Shown: piece by piece, positions 1 through 6,440 of the stretch
How the letters are laid out: each line of letters starts with the position of its first letter
Numbering within the stretch: position 1 is the stretch's first letter
Virus record (IMG/VR): IMGVR_UViG_3300002098_000018
DNA from: a virus
DNA length: 35,397 nucleotides
Reading direction: 5' to 3' (one strand)
The notes under the pieces: generated by a model
Database searches by the model: none
Seen by the model: the letters and a program-made list of their open reading frames with translations, nothing else
Told to the model about the DNA's origin: nothing
Made by a program: the position numbers and the translations under genes

Positions 1-88
1 ACTAACTATTTACCTAAAGAATGGGTAGAGCGTATTTTCCAAAGACTGCATGGCCGCTTTGGTAATTCATTTACAGATAAATTTAAAC
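1..88. repeat. Terminal direct repeat, copy A (assembly overlap of a circular or circularly permuted genome)
   Basis: Bases 1-88 read identical to 35310-35397. Confidence 0.95.
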
Positions 89-375
89 TAGGCCAGCATG
101 ATGCTAACGGCAATGATATTGGCATATTAAACGCCAAGCAAGTCTGGGCCGAGGAGCTCGCTGGAATATCACCAGAGCGAATTAAAAATGCTTTGCTGCA
201 CAATTATGATTACGCGCCATCTTGCGATCAGTTTAAAGCACAGTGCAAAACAACTATAGCAGCGCATCGAGATATGTTAGCGATAACGCGCAAGTTTACG
301 CATGAGGAAAAAGCCAGCAATCATGCCAGGCTGCAAAAGATTCTTAATGATCTAAACATTAAGAGGATCGCATGA
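1..375 (+). CDS. Replication protein P-like helicase loader (last 124 codons; the ATG is at 35307 across the circular junction, giving 125 aa in total)
   Basis: Frame 1 is open from base 1 to the stop at 373-375. The stretch EWVERIFQRLHGRFGNSF...KQVWAEELAGISPERIKNALLHNYDYAPSCDQFKAQC fits the lambda P family pattern (W..L.G....I..A...P.S..QF...C). The track ORF 193..375 is only its TTG-started tail. Confidence 0.75.
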   Translation, partial: TNYLPKEWVERIFQRLHGRFGNSFTDKFKLGQHDANGNDIGILNAKQVWAEELAGISPERIKNALLHNYDYAPSCDQFKAQCKTTIAAHRDMLAITRKFTHEEKASNHARLQKILNDLNIKRIA

Positions 376-608
376 TCACGCTAACTAAACGAGAAATAGA
401 CGTTGTTACAACAATTAGTGCTGGTGCTGTAAGCGGTAAAGAAATTGCAGAAATTATGGGAGTTGGTGAGCAGCAAGTGAAAAAGTATTTAAGCCGCATT
501 TATAAAAAACGCAACATCAAGGATAAATACGAATTAATGCAATATATTTTTGAGTTAAAGGAATTGGCCCATGTCATGGAATTACAGATTAGTAAACGTC
601 AGAGATGA
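372..608 (+). CDS. LuxR/GerE-type HTH transcriptional regulator (stand-alone DNA-binding domain, 78 aa)
   Basis: LTKREIDVV...SGKEIAEIMGVGEQQVKKYLSRIYKKRNIKDKYELM is a typical GerE HTH. ATGA overlap with the upstream gene. Confidence 0.85.
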   Translation: MITLTKREIDVVTTISAGAVSGKEIAEIMGVGEQQVKKYLSRIYKKRNIKDKYELMQYIFELKELAHVMELQISKRQR

Positions 609-810
609 TGAATCAGACGAGGATGTGCTAGAGATTTGTGAAGTTTATTACAATGATTTAGGGCAGCCAGTCGGTTACTGTTCATCTAGCAATATTGCAA
701 GCGACATTGAGGAGTTTTGGGATATATTTAATATGTATATCGAGGCCTTTGATAAGCCAATATTAAAGACAGATGACTTTCCAGAAAATGACGAATTGAC
801 TGAAATTTAG
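571..810 (+). CDS. Small acidic hypothetical protein (79 aa)
   Basis: AAAGGA lies 8 nt upstream of the ATG. The WNYRLV...EVYYNDLGQP motif resembles a widespread small phage protein family (from memory). Confidence 0.6.
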   Translation: MSWNYRLVNVRDDESDEDVLEICEVYYNDLGQPVGYCSSSNIASDIEEFWDIFNMYIEAFDKPILKTDDFPENDELTEI

Positions 811-813
811 GTC

Positions 814-842
814 TTGTAAATCATTTAGAATAAGAGTAATGT
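814..842 (+). promoter_or_regulatory. Sigma70-like promoter (TTGTAA-N17-TAATGT) upstream of the nin-like gene block
   Basis: In the 60-bp intergenic gap. CTTGTAAATCATTTA matches CTTGCAAATCATTTA of the leftward early promoter at 33812-33827 (minus strand) at 14 of 15 positions. Confidence 0.45.
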
Positions 843-870
843 TTAGATATATTACTTTTTAGGAAATTAT

Positions 871-1041
871 ATGGATGAAAAACATTATGCGATGCTTGGA
901 TCGTATGTTAGAGAGCTTATCACTTCAAAAAGGGCCGAGGGATTGTCGGCTGCAGAGCTTGGTAGGATAATAACCAAGTATGTTGAAACTCTAGAATTAG
1001 AAGCGCAGCGCGATGCTCGCGACAAAGCGAATGGAAAATAA
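871..1041 (+). CDS. Small hypothetical protein (56 aa; below the ORF-track cutoff)
   Basis: ATG preceded by AGGA. Translation MDEKHYAMLGSYVRELITSKRAEGLSAAELGRIITKYVETLELEAQRDARDKANGK. The stop abuts the next ATG at 1042. Confidence 0.5.
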   Translation: MDEKHYAMLGSYVRELITSKRAEGLSAAELGRIITKYVETLELEAQRDARDKANGK

Positions 1042-1338
1042 ATGACTAGCGTATTTTATGAAAAGTTTATTAAGGGCCAACTTGTTGAGCAGCAATCATC
1101 AATTGTTGATGACAATGTAAACAGCCCATCACATTACACATCTGGCGGCATTGAAACAATCGACTATATGGAAGCTAAATCAACGCATGAGGAATTTTGC
1201 GGCCATTTACGATTAACAACTATTAAATATTTATCTCGCGCTGGTTTAAAAGAAAATGAGATCCAGGATCTAGAAAAGGCTGCCTGGTATTTAAACAAAT
1301 TGATTAAAGTAAGGAAAGATCATGGCAACACAAAATGA
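1042..1338 (+). CDS. DUF3310 (SaV-like) family phage protein
   Basis: NSPSHYTSGGIETIDYMEAK...IKYLSRAGLK...DLEKAAWYLNKL matches the DUF3310 signature. Confidence 0.75.
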   Translation: MTSVFYEKFIKGQLVEQQSSIVDDNVNSPSHYTSGGIETIDYMEAKSTHEEFCGHLRLTTIKYLSRAGLKENEIQDLEKAAWYLNKLIKVRKDHGNTK

Positions 1339-1528
1339 CATCACTGGGGATTTTTTAATTTCGCGCGGACTTTCAGAGGAAGGTCAAAAACAGTTTGATA
1401 TTATTTTTGGCGTAAAGAAAAAAGAACGATGGATACCACCGCCATTGCCAACAGATGACGAATGGCCAGAGGATCGCATAGATGTAATTGGTTCCAACGG
1501 TAACATTGGATACAGTCTGGATGAGTAA
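1322..1528 (+). CDS. Hypothetical protein (68 aa)
   Basis: Overlaps its neighbours in operon style. The C-terminal RIDVIGSNGNIGY motif is seen in many small phage proteins (from memory). Confidence 0.55.
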   Translation: MATQNDITGDFLISRGLSEEGQKQFDIIFGVKKKERWIPPPLPTDDEWPEDRIDVIGSNGNIGYSLDE

Positions 1529-1709
1529 ATGGGAAGCCTGGGGCAAATATGCGCGTAAAAACGCAACCCACAGTGTATCTAAATCATTAGTAAACGGTGA
1601 GTGGATTTATCAACTTTGGAAACTTACACCACCTAAATATGAATTGTCGGTACTTATTGGCAAATACAAATCATTTAAAGAAGCGGAAGCAGATGTCAAA
1701 AATAACTAA
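1521..1709 (+). CDS. Hypothetical protein (62 aa)
   Basis: The internal ATG at 1521 overlaps the stop of the previous ORF (1526-1528). The track start at 1488 gives a long overlap and seems less likely. Confidence 0.45.
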   Translation: MSKWEAWGKYARKNATHSVSKSLVNGEWIYQLWKLTPPKYELSVLIGKYKSFKEAEADVKNN

Positions 1710-1995
1710 ATCTGCACACGGCGAGCAGTGCACAGTATTGTTTTATTGGATCCCATATCACAATGCTGAAACAGTAGTATTTGCTCATGCAAATGGCCTT
1801 AAATATGGCAAGGGCATAGGAAAAAAGGCAGATGATAAGCATGGTGCTTATGCCTGCTACTTATGTCACATGACATACGATGGGCACATTAACAGGCCAA
1901 AAGATGTAAGCAAAGAATATGTAAACCAGATCTTTGAAAAAGCAATGGGAATAACTAAACGGAAACTAATAGATAAAGGATTGTTACATGAGTGA
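1693..1995 (+). CDS. DUF1364 / YbcO-like putative nuclease (nin-region type, 100 aa)
   Basis: SAHGEQCTV...NAETVVFAHANG...GKGIGKKADDKHGAYACYLCH parallels E. coli YbcO (ARGRECQVR...PETSVLAH...ACSACH). Start moved to the ATG at 1693. Confidence 0.65.
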   Translation: MSKITKSAHGEQCTVLFYWIPYHNAETVVFAHANGLKYGKGIGKKADDKHGAYACYLCHMTYDGHINRPKDVSKEYVNQIFEKAMGITKRKLIDKGLLHE

Positions 1996-2521
1996 AAAAG
2001 ACGAAGTATTAAAAATAGCTAAATATGTTCTTGAATGTTACAACCAAGAAATTCCAACAAACGCAGCTAAAGAAGCAATACAAGCCTGTAAAGAAGCATT
2101 AACACAGCCAGTATGTAGCAAGTGTGGAAAGCCTACACAGCAAGGTGAATGTTTTTATGGGTGCAGACAAGAACAGCCAGCACAAGAACCTGTGGCGTTT
2201 GATTGTAAGAATTGCCACGCTTGTTTGAAAGGCGTTAAAGGTGAAACAGGTTATCCAATAACTATGACAAGAATGATTGTTTGTCCTGATTGTGGTAATA
2301 AACGATGCCCTAAAGCAACAGACCATAGACATTTTTGCACTAACAGCAATGACACAAACCAAGCAGGAAGTATTTATAACACCCACCCTGCACCATCATG
2401 GCAAGGATTAAGTGATGATGAGATAACAAAAGTATTTGATGACATTGGAGTATCAACTACGCACAGAAAGATTTATCTTGCTATTGAACAAGCATTAAAG
2501 GAAAAGAATCATGGCGCATAA
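1988..2521 (+). CDS. Cysteine-rich (putative zinc-binding) hypothetical protein (177 aa)
   Basis: Several CxxC pairs. The block CPDCGNKRCPKATDHRHFCTNSN recurs in many phage proteins (from memory). Confidence 0.65.
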   Translation: MSEKDEVLKIAKYVLECYNQEIPTNAAKEAIQACKEALTQPVCSKCGKPTQQGECFYGCRQEQPAQEPVAFDCKNCHACLKGVKGETGYPITMTRMIVCPDCGNKRCPKATDHRHFCTNSNDTNQAGSIYNTHPAPSWQGLSDDEITKVFDDIGVSTTHRKIYLAIEQALKEKNHGA

Positions 2522-2978
2522 AAGCCAATCATTAAAGATTCGCGCTAATGTTTTATTGTCAGTAATGCAGGGCCATGAGCTCACTAGCGAAATAGCAGAA
2601 AACTGTGGTGTTTGCACATCCAGCATACAATTTCACTTGAATTACCTTGTTGACATTGGCTGCGTAATTAAAGAGATCCTGCTGCCGAAGCAATCCACAA
2701 AAATGCGCAAGCAAGCTGTATATACTTTTGTTGACGATCGAGAAAACCTAATTGAGAATCACGCTTGTTTGCCAAGCAGGCCAAAAGCAATAGTTGATAC
2801 TGATTTTCTTAAACGAATGATGGGTTACACAGACATTAAACCAGCAGAAGGCCGCGTCATTACAGAAAAAGACATCCAAAAATGTATGTGGCAGCAAGGT
2901 GTAACGGTTTGGAATCCAAGCAATAAGAAAAGCGATAAAGTTTGGGTGGCTGGATCAACGTTAAGTGACGCAATATGA
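2511..2978 (+). CDS. Winged-HTH (ArsR-like) DNA-binding protein; candidate regulator
   Basis: ELTSEIAENCGVCTSSIQFHLNYLVDIGCVIKE looks like a wHTH recognition unit. Confidence 0.5.
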   Translation: MAHKSQSLKIRANVLLSVMQGHELTSEIAENCGVCTSSIQFHLNYLVDIGCVIKEILLPKQSTKMRKQAVYTFVDDRENLIENHACLPSRPKAIVDTDFLKRMMGYTDIKPAEGRVITEKDIQKCMWQQGVTVWNPSNKKSDKVWVAGSTLSDAI

Positions 2979-3361
2979 TTAAAGACTTTAACATTACGCC
3001 AAACAACAAAGCGTTTTTAATAGACAAGATCAACAGACTAGATCCAACAGAGCAATGGGTTTGCAATGTAAGAAAACGTAAGCAGCAAAGATCCAGCCCA
3101 CAAAACGAAAGAATGTGGCAATTTTTTAGTGATCTGGCAGAGTATTTAGGTTATGAACGAAAAGAGCATGAATTCGTAAAAGAATTTGTAACTTTAGATG
3201 CCTGGCCCGAAATTGTTACGCTGCCAACAGGGGAAATACAGAAGCTGCCACCGCGCACCAGCCGCATGGATGTTAAAGAACACCGCGAGATGATGGATGC
3301 AGTAGAACGTAGATGTGCAGAGTGGGGATTTGTTTGGGATAATGCACACAATTTTGAATAA
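2975..3361 (+). CDS. ninB: NinB/Orf-family recombination mediator
   Basis: RSSPQNERMWQFFSDLAEYLGY and TSRMDVKEHREMMDAVERRCAEWGFVW parallel lambda NinB (RSLDQNRKLWACLGDVS..., TSRMRVGEFAELLELIQAFGTERGVKW). Confidence 0.8.
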   Translation: MIKDFNITPNNKAFLIDKINRLDPTEQWVCNVRKRKQQRSSPQNERMWQFFSDLAEYLGYERKEHEFVKEFVTLDAWPEIVTLPTGEIQKLPPRTSRMDVKEHREMMDAVERRCAEWGFVWDNAHNFE

Positions 3362-3366
3362 ATGGC

Positions 3367-3396
3367 TTACAATATAACTTAGTAATTTTTTATTAA
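3367..3396 (+). promoter_or_regulatory. Possible sigma70-like promoter (TTACAA-N18-TATTAA) for the kinase cassette
   Basis: Lies in the 58-bp AT-rich gap after ninB. The hexamers are weak. Confidence 0.3.
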
Positions 3397-3419
3397 CTTT
3401 TTCTTGCAAGGAAAAAATC

Positions 3420-3635
3420 ATGGGTAAAATGGATTCATCAAAAGGTATTCCGCTAAAGACTGGCGATAAGCTACCAAAAGGCGCAACTGCATCTGATATG
3501 ACTGGCGAACGCCGCGAAGCATTAAAAGGTGGCGTAGCACAAGGTAAAGAGGACAGCGTTGGTAAAGACGGCGAATTCAATACTGGCAAGACAGCTGGTA
3601 TCTGTTACGAGCACAAACGCGAAAACTATCGTTAA
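3420..3635 (+). CDS. Lys/Gly-rich small protein (71 aa), probably disordered
   Basis: AAGGA lies 7 nt upstream of the ATG. The stop at 3633-3635 abuts the ATG of the kinase gene at 3637. Confidence 0.55.
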   Translation: MGKMDSSKGIPLKTGDKLPKGATASDMTGERREALKGGVAQGKEDSVGKDGEFNTGKTAGICYEHKRENYR

Positions 3636-3636
3636 A

Positions 3637-4548
3637 ATGAAGCATAGTTTGTCAAGTTTAGCAGCTGTAGGCCAAAAGCCTATGGCTGCCTTAAATAGCA
3701 TTGCTGATTTAGCAGGCCAAGAGCAGCAGGATCCGCAACAAGATCCGCAGCAGGCGAAAAACGCTATTGAAGCTGCAATGTTTGAACGTCTGGAAAAGAA
3801 TTATCCAGATCTAGTAAAAGAATATTTCGATTTACCAGAATCAAGTAATGGCCGCATATTAAATACAGACGTTGCCAGGGAACTATCGCCAGATTATCGT
3901 GCAGATCGCACTAAATCTGCTGACGTTCACGAGCCGTCAAGTGCATTTATTAAAAAGATCTACGCAGATCGCCTGGAGCATGACACGCCAAAAGGTTTGA
4001 ATAGCGAGATTGTATTTACTGCAGGCGGTACAGGCGCTGGTAAAACAACAGCATTAAACGCATCAAAGAATATTAGCGATCAAGTTAAAAAAGCTGAGAT
4101 GATCTATGACACCAACATGAACAAATTGGAATCGTCAGACAAAAAGATCCAGCAAGCATTAAAAGCTGGTCGTAACGTAAGCATTATGTATACTTATCGC
4201 GATCCTGTAGAGGCATTAACTCAAGGCGCGTTAAGCAGAGCATCAAGAATGGAAAAAGAACTCGGTACAGGCCGCACAGTGCCTATTGACGAGCATCTTA
4301 AAACGCATATTGGTGCAAGAAAAACAGTAGAGCAGCTAATCAATAAATATGCGGATAACGATAAAGTAAAGATCCACGTTATTGACAACTCTCGCGGCCG
4401 TGGTAAAGCAGCATTAAGCTCTATTGATAAGTTACCACAATTAAATGAACACGAAGTAAGAGGAAAATTACATGAAGCCTTGGAATCCGAACGAGCAAGC
4501 GGTAGAATCTCAGATGCAATCTACAGAGGCACAAAAGGGAATCGCTGA
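3637..4548 (+). CDS. Zeta-toxin-like P-loop kinase (303 aa; an alternative SD-preceded TTG start at 3559 would give 329 aa)
   Basis: Walker A AGGTGAGKTT is encoded at 4021-4050. DVARELSPDY...VHEPSSAFIKK and the downstream ...IYDTNM...RNVSIMYTYRDP... are reminiscent of Zeta/PezT-type kinases (by eye). Confidence 0.6.
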   Translation: MKHSLSSLAAVGQKPMAALNSIADLAGQEQQDPQQDPQQAKNAIEAAMFERLEKNYPDLVKEYFDLPESSNGRILNTDVARELSPDYRADRTKSADVHEPSSAFIKKIYADRLEHDTPKGLNSEIVFTAGGTGAGKTTALNASKNISDQVKKAEMIYDTNMNKLESSDKKIQQALKAGRNVSIMYTYRDPVEALTQGALSRASRMEKELGTGRTVPIDEHLKTHIGARKTVEQLINKYADNDKVKIHVIDNSRGRGKAALSSIDKLPQLNEHEVRGKLHEALESERASGRISDAIYRGTKGNR

Positions 4549-4642
4549 GTATAAGAAGGATAGGGAGTTTCAAAAGAACTCTGACGAGATGGCCAGAGCA
4601 ATGGTAATGGCATTAAACAACGCAGTAAAGCAAAACAATTAA
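4472..4642 (+). CDS. Possible small ORF (56 aa) overlapping the 3' end of the kinase gene by 77 nt
   Basis: AGGA lies 7 nt upstream of the ATG. Translation MKPWNPNEQAVESQMQSTEAQKGIAEYKKDREFQKNSDEMARAMVMALNNAVKQNN. It ends just before the hairpin at 4652. Confidence 0.3.
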   Translation: MKPWNPNEQAVESQMQSTEAQKGIAEYKKDREFQKNSDEMARAMVMALNNAVKQNN

Positions 4643-4650
4643 AAGCAAAA

Positions 4651-4680
4651 AGCCCCAGATTCATGGTCTAGGGCCTTTCT
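4651..4680 (+). terminator. Candidate intrinsic terminator closing the kinase cassette
   Basis: GCCCCAGA / TCTAGGGC stem (one mismatch), 7-nt loop, weak CTTTCT tail. An A-tract lies upstream. Confidence 0.4.
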
Positions 4681-4705
4681 AACCAATTGAAAGGATAGTT
4701 TCAAA

Positions 4706-4873
4706 ATGGCTGATCAGAATTCTAAACCAATGTGTTTAACCTGTCGATTTTTCGTTAATCAGACACCTTATGGCGCTTGCCAACGTTACCCTAGCATTGT
4801 TCAAAAACACGAGATGAGCTGGTGCGGTGAATACGCAGCAGTCGTTATTTCGCTTGTAAAGACTAAAAAATGA
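4706..4873 (+). CDS. Small Cys-rich protein (55 aa; below the track cutoff)
   Basis: MADQNSKPMCLTCRFFVNQTPYGACQRYPSIVQKHEMSWCGEYAAVVISLVKTKK. AAAGGA upstream. ATGA overlap with the next gene at 4870. Confidence 0.55.
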   Translation: MADQNSKPMCLTCRFFVNQTPYGACQRYPSIVQKHEMSWCGEYAAVVISLVKTKK

Positions 4874-5175
4874 TTAAACCATTAGCAGATAAAATCCTGG
4901 TAAAACCAATTGTTCGCGTCAAAAGTAAAATTATTGACATAATTATGGATGAAGCAGACAACATGGGAACAATCGTTGCCGTTGGCCTAGGTAAAAAGAT
5001 TAATGCAACAGAGCGCGGCCCTATGCCAGTAGAAGTCGGACAATTTATCCGCTTTGGCAATATGGGCCATGAATCTAAAGACGAGTATTTAAAATTCCAT
5101 GAATATGAAATTAACAACGAGCGTCATTTAGTAATGAGTTGGCAAGATGTATGTTGGGCGCAAGATGGAAGCTGA
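4870..5175 (+). CDS. Divergent GroES/Cpn10-like co-chaperonin (101 aa)
   Basis: IKPLADKILVKP...GTIVAVGLG...PMPVEVGQFIRFG follows the Cpn10 pattern, but the mobile-loop region is atypical. Confidence 0.6.
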   Translation: MIKPLADKILVKPIVRVKSKIIDIIMDEADNMGTIVAVGLGKKINATERGPMPVEVGQFIRFGNMGHESKDEYLKFHEYEINNERHLVMSWQDVCWAQDGS

Positions 5176-5371
5176 AATTAGAATCCTAATCACTTACGAA
5201 AAAGATGGTGAGCCGCCATTTACGATGGCTAATGCAACTTTTGACGGTGATGGTAATGTGGAGCTAATATCATTTATTGAAAATGAGGAAATACTTGTCA
5301 CTACATTAATAGGATTAGCAGAGTTTATTGATGACAACATAGACGATAGGGAAAACAATATATGCCATTAA
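5165..5371 (+). CDS. Small acidic hypothetical protein (68 aa)
   Basis: ATG at 5165 (MEAEIRILITYEKDG...). Overlaps the upstream stop by 11 nt. Confidence 0.5.
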   Translation: MEAEIRILITYEKDGEPPFTMANATFDGDGNVELISFIENEEILVTTLIGLAEFIDDNIDDRENNICH

Positions 5372-5508
5372 AAAAAGGTACTAGCGATAAAACGCGCCAA
5401 TCTAATATCAAAAAAGAGATAGAAGCTGGCAAACCACCAAAGCAAGCAATAGCGATCGGTTATGCTGTGCAGCGTGAATCAGAAAAAAAGAAAAGCAAGA
5501 AAAAATGA
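5362..5508 (+). CDS. Small basic protein (48 aa; below the track cutoff) with a KQAIAIGYA motif
   Basis: MPLKKGTSDKTRQSNIKKEIEAGKPPKQAIAIGYAVQRESEKKKSKKK. ATGA overlap with the next gene. The KQAIAI motif recalls DUF6496-type proteins (from memory). Confidence 0.5.
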   Translation: MPLKKGTSDKTRQSNIKKEIEAGKPPKQAIAIGYAVQRESEKKKSKKK

Positions 5509-5756
5509 AACCATTACATAATAGACTTGTCGTTAAGCGTTTAGATAGCGCTGCCGAAACATCTTTCGGTTTTATTTTGGAAACAGAGCCTATTGATGAG
5601 TGCTCAGTTATTGCAATTGGCCCAGATGTGAAAGATGTCAAAGTAGGCGAAACAATTATTTTAAGTAGGAATGTCGGCCAGGCTGTAAAGCATGACGATG
5701 AGTGGGTGACTGTCATCACAGAGGATGACGTTTTAGCAATTATTGAAAGGGAATAA
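5505..5756 (+). CDS. groES: GroES/Cpn10 co-chaperonin homolog (83 aa)
   Basis: MKPLHNRLVVKR...ETSFGFIL...VIAIGPD...VKVGETII...EWVTVITEDDVLAIIE is collinear with E. coli GroES (IRPLHDRVIVKR...AGGIVL...VLAVGNG...VKVGDIVIF...EVLIMSESDILAIVE). Confidence 0.85.
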   Translation: MKPLHNRLVVKRLDSAAETSFGFILETEPIDECSVIAIGPDVKDVKVGETIILSRNVGQAVKHDDEWVTVITEDDVLAIIERE

Positions 5757-5758
5757 CA

Positions 5759-6019
5759 ATGGCTTTAAATTTGAACGTTGAACTACAAGAAGCAGAACTA
5801 ATCTACAAATATCTATTAACAGGCCAATATGCAGAAGTGGCTCCGTTGATCGATAAGATTAAAGCTCAAGTATCAGCACAATTGGCAGCAGCTAATGCTA
5901 ATGGCGAATCAACAGCAACTGTAGTAAACAATGCAGTAGCTGCAGCAGAGCAAAGCCCAGAAGTTGCAGACGCAGTAGACGAGGCAGAGGCTAACTCTGA
6001 CAGCACAGCGAATGAGTGA
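5759..6019 (+). CDS. Hypothetical Ala-rich acidic protein (86 aa)
   Basis: ORF in operon context directly upstream of terS. Confidence 0.55.
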   Translation: MALNLNVELQEAELIYKYLLTGQYAEVAPLIDKIKAQVSAQLAAANANGESTATVVNNAVAAAEQSPEVADAVDEAEANSDSTANE

Positions 6020-6440
6020 TACGGAAAAACATCCAGGCGGCAGGCCGACATCTTATGATCCCTCTTTTTGTGAGAGGGTGATTGAGCTTGGCAAGTGCGG
6101 CAAATCTTTTGAACAGATCGGCGCTGAGCTTGGTGTTACCTATAGAACTATGGTCAATTGGCGTGATACTCACGAGGAGTTTTTTCATGCCTTGGAAGAA
6201 GCCAAGATCCAAGAGATGGTTTGGTGGGAAAATCAAGGCCAGGCTTATATGCTTGAACACCCAGGATCACCTAAGTTAAACGCTGGATTATATTCACGCT
6301 CATTGGCCGCACGTTTTCCTAAGAAGTATTCAGAGCGTATACGTCAAGAGATTACAGGCGAGGATGGTCAACCATTAGTCACAGGCATGACAGTTACTTT
6401 TGTAAGGCCAGACGCAAAGACAGATGACGAAAACAATTAA
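6012..6440 (+). CDS. terS: Terminase small subunit (HTH type)
   Basis: GGRPTSYDPSFCERVIELGKCGKSFEQIGAELGVTYRTMVNWRDTHEEFFHALEEAK...WWENQG is a common TerS N-terminus. Directly upstream of, and overlapping, terL. Confidence 0.75.
   Translation: MSDTEKHPGGRPTSYDPSFCERVIELGKCGKSFEQIGAELGVTYRTMVNWRDTHEEFFHALEEAKIQEMVWWENQGQAYMLEHPGSPKLNAGLYSRSLAARFPKKYSERIRQEITGEDGQPLVTGMTVTFVRPDAKTDDENN

Noticed and set aside
6-203. Minus-strand ORF 6..203, and similar antisense ORFs (1384..1566, 2099..2386, 2860..3066, 4863..5117, 5866..6260, 10012..10482, 11116..11442, 14216..14491, 22445..22633, 24906..25106, 27864..28061, 29896..30096, 34651..34896)
   Set aside because: Each is antisense to a better-supported gene in a co-directional operon, and none has a recognisable family signature.
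3194-3589. 131-aa minus-strand ORF, plus 3151..3351
   Set aside because: Antisense to ninB and the Lys/Gly-rich ORF in a uniformly plus-strand operon. Shadow-frame composition.
3420-3635. Possible KGG stress-protein repeat (YciG/YmdF-like) in the 71-aa Lys/Gly-rich ORF
   Set aside because: Only one loose KGG-like stretch (ALKGGVAQGKED) is present. That is too weak to call without a profile search.
5408-5719. 103-aa minus-strand ORF
   Set aside because: Antisense to the clear GroES homolog and the coupled mini-gene. It is a shadow ORF.
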